Below, piece after piece: positions 1-9,782 of a stretch of 64,000 bases of DNA (positions are counted from its first letter, which is position 1; every line of letters begins with the position of its first letter). Source of the DNA: Centroscyllium fabricii (Eukaryota); the NCBI GenBank assembly GCA_051313645.2, contig JBNRSN020000004.1, positions 186,248,001 to 186,312,000 of the forward strand. Reading direction: 5' to 3'. The notes below the pieces were generated by a model. That model worked only from the letters and a program-made list of their open reading frames with translations, was not told the origin of the DNA and did no database searches. The position numbers were made by a program, and so were the translations under genes.

Positions 1-509
1 GGTTGAGCACCAGTAATCTGGCACCTGATGGTCCGGCACATTCAGTTGATGGCATGAATGGAAACCGGCGGTCTTCAGTTTGCGGAGCAGCTGCTCGGTG
101 GTGCCACCATTTCCGCGAAGGGTGGGCGAGCACCGTAGGTGTAGGGCATTTGGATTTGTTGTGTCTAAGGGAGTTTTATACCCTTATCTATATAACAATT
201 AAGAAGGACTCCAGGCTGGTGTGTTTAACTAACAGCCATTTTATTTACAATGTGCTTATAAAACTCAAGGCACTACATTTCCCATAGTGCCTTGCATTTC
301 CCATAGTACCTTGCAAATCACCACTACAGTATCCCATATGGGACAATTCTCATACACACTCAAAATACACAACATATTTCCCTCCTTTAAAATAGAATGT
401 CCACAAAACAGAATAACTGAAAATGACTATAACTTTGGAAGAGAGGGTAGACTGCCTGTACATTCCGCTAACCTTGGGGATTATTCTGCCCCATGCACAC
501 AGGTTAGCA

Positions 510-1257
510 CTAACTGTAACTAAGGTGCTCTGGAGGCTGCCTTTCTCTTTGGGGGTAACGCCTAGTCTCAGGAGCAGGCTCTGGCTGGCTCTCCCATGAC
601 CCTGCAGGCGCGCCTTCCTCCCTCAATGGCACAAGTGTGGATGGTGTCACCGTCTCTGGGTCGGTCGACCAGCCCCTGCTGGAGCTCCCAGCAGGTTCTT
701 GATCCTCTGTTTCTTGGGTTACCTGTGGCGTACCTGTGGTACTCCACTGATGGCTTGAAAAATTTGCATTTGTCCTTGCGAACGCGTAAGTCATATTCTT
801 CAGGTCTTCCCAGTGTCTTCGTCAGGTTCTGCAGATGCTCGTTGTCGTCCTTTCCTGTGACAAGGATATCGTCGAGATAACATTGTACCCTTGGAATGCC
901 GCTTAAGATCTGGTCCATAGCCCACTGAAACAATGCTGGTGCTGATGTTATACCAAAGGGTAGGCAGCGATACCTGTAGAGGCCCTTGTGGGTGGTGATG
1001 GTGAGGTACTTCTGTGAATCCTCTTCTACATGCATCTGCAAGTAGGCTTGGCAGAGATCAATCTTACTAAACTTCTGACCGCCTGCTAGACCCGCAAAAA
1101 GATCTTCAATGATGGGGAATGGGTACTGTTCCGCTGAGAGCACAGGATTGACTGTTACTTTAAAATCTCCACATAAGCGAACCACGCCATCACTCTTCAT
1201 CACTGGTACCATGGGCGTGGCCCACTCACTGTGCAAAACCGGCACCAGGACACCTAT
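510..1257 (-). pseudogene. pol: RT of Gypsy A joined directly to the Pol C-terminus (RNase H and integrase deleted)
   Basis: WATPMVPV, LCGDFKVTVN, LPFGITSAPALFQ, YLDD; after KPSVEY (~740) the sequence jumps to the terminal RRYPQRERQPP motif. Confidence 0.85.
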
Positions 1258-1523
1258 CTTGATGTTGTAATCGTATAAATACCACTGTAAATAGGTGATT
1301 CTCACCTTGTATTGTATTGTAGGCCAGGTCAGCCACACCCCTAACCCCTCCCCTCAGGTCGGAGCATATAGGTGAGGGCTGCCCTGCCCATGCTCATTCT
1401 TCACCTTGAACTCATCAGGAGACCAGCTCCATCGTTAGTTAATAAAAGCCTGTAGTTTACGTAACTACTCGTCTTTGCATTTTAATTGACGATACGTCAA
1501 TTTTATTAACTAAATTTTAAAAC

Positions 1524-4500
1524 ATGGAGAGTAACGCAGTGAGACCGGATTGCCTCGACATAAACCCTCAGGCACCTGATGCTGCTAACAACTTTGAACA
1601 CTGGTTTGGCCTGGTCGAGGCCTACATGAAGGCCGTAAAGGCTACGAGTGTTGAGGACAAACTCCAGGTACTCTCATCACGGATCAGCGGCCAGGTGTAC
1701 TCTTTTATCCGCGGCCTCAAGACTTACGAGGAAGCGGTCAAGAAATTAAAGGACTGCTACATGCGCCCGGCCCACTCGGTCTATGCCAGGCATGTTCTGG
1801 CGACCAGAAGACAACGACTCGATGAGACAAATGAACAGTTTCAACTAGCGCTCCAAGCCCTCACACGGGCCTGTGACTGCAAGGCAAGGACAGCGGAGGA
1901 AGAGACGAACCTCCTAATCCGCGATGCCTAGGTGGCCAGACTCAGATCCAGCCAGGCCCACCAGCGGCTGCTGGAGCAGGACACACTGTCGCTTGAGTCC
2001 GCGATAACGCTTTCTAATGCGGTGGATGGAGCGCTTCGAAAGCTGGAGGCGTATGGAGATTATGGCTCCCACTGTACCCCTGACCCCTGGGTGACACAGC
2101 GACAGGCCGAGACCCCCATGATGGCAGCGGTGACTGCGAAGACACCGGCGGGGCACAGATGCTACTTCTGCGGCCAAGGAAAGCACCCGTGGGCGCAGAG
2201 ACCCGCGAAGAATGCGACATGCGCGCAGTGCGCAAAGAAGGGGCACAGCACGAAGGTGTGCAAATCCAGCCCAGCCTCCACCTCCAGACCCAACAGCGCG
2301 GCCTGCGAGAACAGCGATGCCACTCCATGGCTCTAGGTATGGTATTGCAGCGCGACCCAGCAGCGGTCAGCCGGGGGTAAATCACGGGCGCCTCAATCCC
2401 CTTTAACTGTACGGCGGAGGCCGGCCGCGCGCGTGGCACACGCGCTGCCACCTCAAAAGCGACCGCGACCGGCCATGTGCGACCCCCCGGCACCGCCATC
2501 TTGTCCACCGCGGTCGGCCGTGTGGGAACCACGGGTGCCGCCATCTTATTCACAGCGGTCGGCCGTCGTGCGAACCACGGGCACCGCCATCTTGTCCACT
2601 GCAGTCGGCCGCGTCCATGTGCGACCCTCCCCGGTGCTGCCATCTTGTCCACCGCGGTCGGCTGCGTGCGAACCACGGGCACCGCCATCTTGTCCACTGC
2701 GGTCGGACACGTGCGAATCGTCAGCGCCGCCATCTTCTGAGCGGCCATCTTGCCAACCCCACCGGCCTAGGCCGCAGCTAGCGGAGGGCCCCCACTCACA
2801 CACATAATCTTCGGCCTCAGCCACCGTTGATCAGGCTAGGCCGCACACCTTGTCCAACTCCATGATGGGGATTAAGGTGGACGGGCACGCCGCTCGCTGC
2901 CTGTTCGACACCGGTAGCACAGAGAGCTTTATACATCCCGACACAGTGCGGCGCTACGCACCTCAGACCCAGCCAACGCACTACCAAGTCTCCCTTGACT
3001 CAAAGTCCCACACGGCAGACGTCACCGGCTACTGCAGCGTCATGCTCACGATCAGTGACTGCATTTACCGCAACTTTAAGTTGTATGTAGTCCAGCAGCT
3101 GTGCGCCCCAGTCTTACTGGGACTGGATTTCCAGTGTCACCTGAAGAGCGTGATGATGGATTTCGGTGGAATCCTGGCCCCCCTCACCGTCAGTAGCTGG
3201 GACAATCCCAACTTAACGCGGAGCTCGACTTGCGGCGTGTCCACATTAAAAGTCGACCCCGCCTCACTGTTCGCCAATCTTGACCCTAAATGCAAGCCCA
3301 TTGCTACCAAAGGTCGGCGTTACAGTGCAGGGGACCGGGCGTTCATCAGGTCGGAGGTCGAGCACATGCTGAAAGAAGGGATAATTGAGGCCAGCACCAG
3401 CCCCTGGCGGGCCAGGTCGTGGTGGTTAAGACGGGCGAGAAACTGCACATGGTCATCGACTATAGCCAGATGATTAACCGCTACACCGGGCTCAACGCCT
3501 ACCCCCTCCCCCACATCTCGGATATGGTAAACCAGATCGCCCAGTACAAGGTCTTTTCCACAATCAACCTCAAGTCGGCGTATCACCAACTCCCCATCCG
3601 GAAATCCGACCGCCAGTACATCGCCTTCGAGGCGAACAGCTGGCTCTACCACTTCCTCCGGATCCCCTTCGGTGTGACCAACGGGGTGTCGGTGTTCCAG
3701 AGGGAGATGGACAGCATGGTTGATCAGAACGGGTTGCAGGCCACCTTCCCCTACTTGGACAACGTGACCATCTGCGGCCATGACCAGCAGGACCACGATG
3801 CCAATCTCGACAAATTCCTGCACACGGCGAAACGGCTGGACCTAACCTACGATAAAGACAAGTGTGTCTTTAGTACGGATCGGCTCGCTAACCTCAGATA
3901 CATGGTGGAAAACGGGGTCCTCGGCCCCGACCCACAGCGTATGCGCCCCTTGCAAGAGCTGCCCTTACCTCACAACCCCAAAGCCCTGAGGAGATGTCTA
4001 GGGTTCTATTCTTATTATGCGCAATGGGTCCCCCAGTACGCGGATAAGGCCAGACCTCTCCTCAAGGCCGACGTCTTCCCCCTCTCAGAAGAAGCCCAAA
4101 CGGCATTCGCTCGGATCAAGAAAGACATCATCAAGGCGACCATGCACGCCGTTGATGAGTCCATTCCCTTCCAGGTGGCGAGTGATGCTTCGGACTTCGC
4201 CCTTGCAGCCACCCTGAACCAGGCAGGCAGGCCCGTAGCATTTTTCTCCCGGACCCTACAGGGACCCGAAACTCGCCACTCAGCGGTGGAAAAGGAGGCT
4301 CCGGCCATCGTGGAGGCAGTGCGCTACTGGCATCATTACTTGGCTGGTAAGCGTTTTACCCTGCTCACTGACCAACGGTCGGTGGCGTTTATGTTTAATA
4401 ATAAACAACGGGGTAAGATCAAGAATGATAAGATCCTTCAGTGGCGGATCGATCTCTAGACTTACGAGTACGACATTCTTTACCGTCCAGGCAAGCTCAA

Positions 4501-4632
4501 CGAACCCCCGGACGCACTGTCCAGGGGAACGTGCGCCAGCGCCCAGCTTGACTGGCTGAAGGCCCTCCACAATCGCCTCTGCCACCCAGGTGTCACCAGA
4601 CTCGCCCACTTCATCAAATCCCGCAGGCTCCC
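1524..4632 (+). pseudogene. gag-pro-RT-RNaseH of Gypsy B (originally one reading frame; now stops and frameshifts)
   Basis: ORFs at 1524, 1932, 2433 and 2850 share one frame; CCHC-like motifs, LFDTGS protease, YLDN RT, SDASDFA RNase H; frameshifts ~3410 and ~4456. Confidence 0.9.
2470..2755 (+). repeat. ~45-bp in-frame tandem repeat between gag and protease (PPSCPxRSAxCEPRA)
   Basis: Repeated GCACCGCCATCTTGTCCACCGCGGTCGG-like units; 7 GCCATCTT cores. Confidence 0.85.
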
Positions 4633-6032
4633 TGTGGTAACCCTTATTTGGGGTAATCCTTATATGGGTTCCCATTGTTGTAATACCTGTGTGTTGATAT
4701 GTTGCTGGGGCCAGGTCAGCCACACCTCCGACTCCTCCCTCCAGGTGGAGCACTATAAAGGTGAGGTCTGACCTTGCCTCTGTCCATTACTGTACGAAAC
4801 CTACTGCTTCATTCTTTATTAATTAAAAGCCTAGTATTAACGGTATCTACCAGTCGTCTTTAATTAAGCCAGCGACCACGCTTCAATTTTAATTAATAAT
4901 TTTATAATGGAGAGCAACACAGCAAGACCTCGTGAACTCGACATTAGCCCCCAGGATCCAGTAGGACCGCTCACCTTCAAGCTCTGGCTCAAAGTGCTAG
5001 AAGCTTATATGGTAACGGGCAAGGCCGAAACGGATGCGCAAAAAATGCAAGTGCTGCTATCAAGGGTCTCAAGCAGAGTTTACTCACTCATAGAGGACCA
5101 GACAACATACGTGGACATAGTGGCAACTCTCAAAAGGTACTACGAACGCCCGATGCACAAGGTCTACGCCCGCCACCTACTAGCGACCCGATCGCAACTT
5201 CCCGGTGAGTCAAACGAAGATTTTGAGCAAGCGCTCCGGGGCATGATAAAGGCCTGTGGCTGTACGGGTCAAACGACCTTGCTCCAGGAGGAAAATCTCC
5301 TCCTCCGGGACGCCTATGTCACTGGACTAAGATGTGCAGATGCACGGCAGAGGCTACTGGAACAGCAAGCGTTAACCTTTGAAGAGGCAACCATTTTAGC
5401 TAGATCGGTGGAAGGGGCCCGCAACAAATCTCAGGCGTACGGCAGCACCAACCACCAACCTTACAACATTTGGGCCACGAATCAACCAACGCAACCGATT
5501 GCGAGCCCCACCATGACCGCGGCGGCCACGAAGTATAAACATTGCTATTTTTGCGGAAAAGGCTTGCACCCCAGGGCAAAGTGCCCAGCCAAAACAGCTA
5601 CCTGTGACAAATGCTCTAAGAAGGGACACTTCGCCAAAGTCTGCAGAGCAACCCAAGCGGCGGCTACACCAAAACGCTACAATAGCGCCTGTGAGAACTC
5701 GCAAGATAACCAGGTAGGCTGCGTTAGCAGTTTTTTATTACAACGCCAAGCGCCCCCCCCCGAGGCAGCGGCGACCAGCCAGGCGCGACCCTCCTACGCG
5801 GCCGGCTGCGCCCGGATTGCGGGCACCGCGCTTCCACAGCGGGAGGCTGCTAGTTCTGAACTCTCTAACTATAAATCGGCTGAAATTGACCAGTACAAAT
5901 CGCGATCTCGGCAGCCTGTAACTGAACTCCCTGCCTGTAAACCTACTGAAACTGATCAGCACAAATCGCGATCTCGGCAGCCTGTAACTGAACTCCCTGC
6001 CTGCACACCTACTGAAACTGACCAGGGGCGTG
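4633..6032 (+). mobile_element. Gypsy element C (related to B, different LTR): only the 5' LTR and gag remain
   Basis: LTR 4633-4885 (TGTGGTAA...CTTCA); gag from ATG 4907 homologous to B gag; B integrase is interrupted at 4632 (..RRLP) and resumes ~6037 (YCITEIK). Confidence 0.85.
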
Positions 6033-6406
6033 TCCCCTACTGCATCACGGAGATAAAGGCTATGACCAAAGAGTGCCCTGTCTGTGCTGAGTGCAAACCC
6101 CAATTCTACAGGCCAGACACAGCGCACGTCATCAAGGCCACCCGCCACTTTGAACGCCTGAGCGTGGACTTCAAAGGCCCCCTTCCCTCCACTGACCGCA
6201 ACTCGTATTTCCTTACGGTCATAGACGAGTTCTCACGCTGCCCCTTTGCCTACCCCTGCCCAGACATGACGAGCGCAACGGTGATCAAGCACTTCACCAC
6301 GCTGTTCACCATCTTCAGTCTCCCCAGCTACATCTGTTCCTGTTTCAGAAAGGGGTTGCCTCAAGCAGAACGACCAGTTACAACCCCCGGGGGAACGGCC
6401 AGGTAG
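4907..6406 (+). CDS. Chimeric ORF: element C Gag + 66-bp repeats + part of element B integrase (499 aa)
   Basis: Open frame with two CCHC knuckles, KSRSRQPVTELPACKPTETDQ repeats, then CPVCAECK and DFKGP...IDEFSR. Confidence 0.55.
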   Translation: MESNTARPRELDISPQDPVGPLTFKLWLKVLEAYMVTGKAETDAQKMQVLLSRVSSRVYSLIEDQTTYVDIVATLKRYYERPMHKVYARHLLATRSQLPGESNEDFEQALRGMIKACGCTGQTTLLQEENLLLRDAYVTGLRCADARQRLLEQQALTFEEATILARSVEGARNKSQAYGSTNHQPYNIWATNQPTQPIASPTMTAAATKYKHCYFCGKGLHPRAKCPAKTATCDKCSKKGHFAKVCRATQAAATPKRYNSACENSQDNQVGCVSSFLLQRQAPPPEAAATSQARPSYAAGCARIAGTALPQREAASSELSNYKSAEIDQYKSRSRQPVTELPACKPTETDQHKSRSRQPVTELPACTPTETDQGRVPYCITEIKAMTKECPVCAECKPQFYRPDTAHVIKATRHFERLSVDFKGPLPSTDRNSYFLTVIDEFSRCPFAYPCPDMTSATVIKHFTTLFTIFSLPSYICSCFRKGLPQAERPVTTPGGTAR

Positions 6407-7026
6407 AAAGGGAGAACGGGACCATCTGGAAGGTGGTCAATCTGGGCATGAAGTCCTGAGGCCTTCCAGTTTCCCGTTGGCAGGACGTCCTCCCAGACGC
6501 GCTCCATGCCATCCGCTCTCTGTTGTGTTACGCCACTAACTCCACACCTCATGACCTGTTGTATTCCTTACCCAGGAAGTTGACTTCAGGGACAGCACTC
6601 CCGCTGTGGCTCAGAGCGCAGGGTTCAGTATTGCTTAGAAAGCACGTCCGCGGCCACAAGACCGACCCCCTGGTGGAACGGGTGCACCTGCTCCACGCCA
6701 ACCCGCAATATGCTTATGTGGCATTCCCGGACGGGTGCGAGGATAAAGTCTCGATCAGGGACCTGGCGCCCGCCGGGAGCACTAGGGCAGAACCCCCGGT
6801 CGAGCCTCAGCCCGACCAGCCACCACCCACCGAATACTGTCCCCCATACACACACACACCGGGGCCCTCAACACCACTGATCGACGACCCGGGATCGGAC
6901 ACCGCACCGCTGGCACCGTTGGCGGAGAGCTCGATCCCGGCCCTGCAACCAGCACCACCATTGCCGGCACCCCGGCGGTCCCCCAGACAGACGCGACTGC
7001 CGGAGAGACTAATAATGCAATGCTAA
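6037..7026 (+). pseudogene. Integrase of Gypsy B (deletion ~6335 removes the HSDR catalytic segment; stop ~6457)
   Basis: Collinear with the integrase of element D (60153-61406) apart from the gap. Confidence 0.85.
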
Positions 7027-7345
7027 TTGCTAATGGACATATAGAGATCTTTTGTTCACCCGAAGGCAAGTTCACCCCGCCGGACTTGTTTTTAAAGAAG
7101 GGGTGAATGTGGTAATCGTATAAATACCACTGTAAATAGTTGATGGCTCACCTTGTATTGTATTGTAGGCCAGGTCAGCCACACCCCTAACTCCTCCCCT
7201 CAGGTCGGAGCATATAGGTGAGGGCTGCCCTGCCCCCGCTCATTCTTCGCCTTGAACTCATCAGGAGACCAGCTCCATTGTTAGTTAATAAAAGCCTGTA
7301 GTTTAGGTAACTACTCGTCTTTGCATTTTAATTGACGATACGTCA

Positions 7346-8689
7346 CTTGACCAGACACTTTAGGTCAGCCTACACCTTTGGACTGAGGGCGTAGGGAACG
7401 TTCCTGGCCTTCAGGAATCATGGCTGGCTGTCAGGCTTTACCTTGAGTTTGACCGTAATCACCTTCATACGCCCCAATTCTCCGTCAAAGACAGCCGCAT
7501 GCTTTGTCAACACCTCTGCTAGCCCCGCCTCTTTGACTGACACCACATTCACTTTTTTCCAATCCAGATGAATTTTCTCCAACCATGGCCTGCCCGTCAG
7601 GGATGGATAGTCACCCTTGACCACATAAACTGGCAGCATCACGGTTTGTCCATTAAGCTCCACCTTGACCTCCGTCTTACCCAGCACTGGGACTGTTTCC
7701 CCAGTGTAGGTCTTTAAGATGAGCTTGGCCGGCATCAGTGATAGGTGGTTCCGTTTTTTTTTTAATAGCTTCTCTGAAATCAAGGAGACAGTGGCCCCCG
7801 TATCCAGCTCCATTTTGATCGGTATTCCCTCTAGTAGTGGAGTGACTCGATAACCTGACGAGCCTCCATTCACCGTTAACACATGGAGACTCCGCTCCCC
7901 ATCAGAGTCTGGGTCACTGTCTTCCTGTTCTTGTTTCACCATGTGTAGGTTTTTCTTTTTAGAACGCCAGTTGGATGTGTTTCCTTGTTTGTTTTGCTTA
8001 TTACACGCGCGTTCAATGTGTCCTTTCTTTTCACATTTCCGACAGGTCAGGTCTTTACACCAGCAGGCAGATGGCTGATGACCCGACCTTCCACATCTGT
8101 AACACTCTCTGGCCCCTCTTTCATGCTTATCCGGTGTAGCTGCTACCTTGTACACTCTTGTTGCAGCCCCCAACAGCTTTGCATCTTTAGCTGCTAACTC
8201 TATAGACACAGCGAGCTCCGTTGCTGCTTTAAGCATCAGTTTGTCAGCTGTGAGCAAGTGCCTCTGTGTTGCTTCAAATCTTAATCCATACACAAACCTA
8301 TCATGGACAGTGTCCGATAGAGTTTCACTAAACTCACAATGCTCAGATAGCTTCTTTAGCACTGCAACATATTCGGCTATGGACTCACCCTCCCCTTGGT
8401 TTCATTTGTGAAACCTGAACCTCTCAGCAATCAGCAGTGGCTTTGGTGTGAAATGTGTTTCCAAAACTTCCACAATCTGATCATATGTCTTAGCGCTGGG
8501 CTTATCCAGGAGCATCAAACTCCGTAACAATCCAAATGTTTTTGCTCCGATCACACTGAGGAACGTTGGCACTTTCACATCATCTTTAATGCCATTTGCA
8601 GTCACGAAAAATCCAAAATGCTTTGTATAAGCACTCCATTGCCCCACCGTTTCATCAAATGGTCCAAATGCTCCAGTTAGCATAACCAT
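7346..8689 (-). pseudogene. gag: gag (two CCHC knuckles) and protease of Gypsy A, with in-frame stops
   Basis: ORFs 8402-8689 and 7418-8362: IAERFRFHK, CYRCGRSGHQPSAC, CRKCEKKGHIERAC, protease MELDTGA. Confidence 0.88.
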
Positions 8690-9324
8690 TTTTGTTTTCT
8701 TCAGTCCTTTTTTCCCTTCGTTTCACTGTATCGTTACTCTCCCCCTTCTTATTTGTTTAACACACGAACCTCCACCTTCAGCACTAAACTGCATACTTTA
8801 AACTTCTTACTTTAAACATCGCTGTTCCCAGTGCAAAGTGATGCGCAAGTCCGTCGTCATCCTCTTCGCCAGTTTTGTTGTGTCTCAAGGAGTTTTATAC
8901 CCTTATCTATATAACAATTAAGAAGGACTCCAGGCTGGTGTGCTTAACTAACAGCAATTTTATTTACAATGTGCTTATAAAACTCAAGGCACTACATTTC
9001 CCACAGTGCCTTGCATTTCCCATAGTGCCTTGCAAATCACCACTACAGTATCCCATATGGGACAATTCTCATACACACTCAAAATGCACAACAGGATTGC
9101 TGCTTTTTTAGGTGTTCTAAGTGTTCTATCCCCAGGCTCCCTCCCGGGGAGTGTTCTACCCACGCGCTCTGGGCCCTGGGGAGTGTTCAACCTGTGTGCT
9201 CCCCAGAACCTTCAGTGGTTCAGAATTTTAAATGGTCCGACACCGGCCTGGTGCCGGATTACCGGTGCTCAACCTGTAATTGCATAAAACGCTAGGGGGG
9301 AAATCAGGGGGAAGATAATAGTGA

Positions 9325-9772
9325 AATAACAACAGAAAATGCTGGAAAAACTCAGCAGGCCAGGCAGCATCGTTGGAGAGAAATATAGAGTCGACATTTC
9401 ACGTTGGGACCCTTTATCAAGACTAAAGCTGGGGAATGAAACAAACAGGAAGGCGGGGGGAGGTGGGAGGGAACAAAGAGAAGAGAGCATAAAGAGAAAA
9501 GAGAAAAGACTTAGAGAGGTATTCAAAATGAGACGAGATGCTGTGAACAGGAGACAGCTGTAGATTAGGTGTGAAAATCTCTGGCAGAATGGGAGACGGC
9601 TGTCACGATCGAGAAAAGAAAGGCCAAATAAAAGGTGTGGATAAAAAGAGATAAAAATATAATGGGGACCGAAGTTATGATCTGAAATTGTTGAACTCGA
9701 TATTGAGTCCGGAGGGCTGTAAAGTGCTTAATCGGAAGATGAGGTGTTGTTCCTCGAGTTTACGTTGAGCTT
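9325..9772 (-). mobile_element. Penelope-like element 3' fragment
   Basis: Minus strand encodes QRKLEEQHLIFRLSTLQPSGLNIEFNN (C-terminus typical of the GIY-YIG region), then a degenerate hammerhead-type tail ~9390-9425. Confidence 0.65.
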
Positions 9773-9782
9773 GAAGATAATA

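Larger units (their letters stand above)
1263..7345 (+). mobile_element. Gypsy LTR retrotransposon B, inserted in the pol of A
   Basis: LTRs 1263-1499 and 7108-7345; TSD CTTGA at 1258-1262 and 7346-7350; PPT AAAGAAGGGGTGAA 7094-7107; no TGG tRNA PBS. Confidence 0.93.
157..9093 (-). mobile_element. Gypsy LTR retrotransposon A (Mag/K02A2.6-like), defective
   Basis: 218-bp LTRs 157-374 and 8876-9093 (TG...CA); 5-bp TSD GGATT at 152-156 and 9094-9098; PBS 8858-8871 matches the tRNA-Ser(GCT) 3' end with 1 mismatch (from recall); PPT ~375-391. Confidence 0.93.
1..9276. mobile_element. Tigger/pogo-like MITE split by a nested LTR retrotransposon stack
   Basis: Bases 1-25 GGTTGAGCACCAGTAATCTGGCACC (first CA outside window) are the inverted repeat of 9250-9276 GGTGCCGGATTACCGGTGCTCAACCTG, which is followed by TA; same TIR family as 9783-10727. 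Confidence 0.75.

Noticed and set aside
568-1338. N-terminal extension of the 256-aa RT ORF
   Set aside because: The first ~25 residues are read from the inserted B LTR
2470-2755. CRISPR-like repeat array (also 22665-22918, 63030-63305)
   Set aside because: Head-to-tail tandem units with no unique spacers, no cas genes, eukaryotic context
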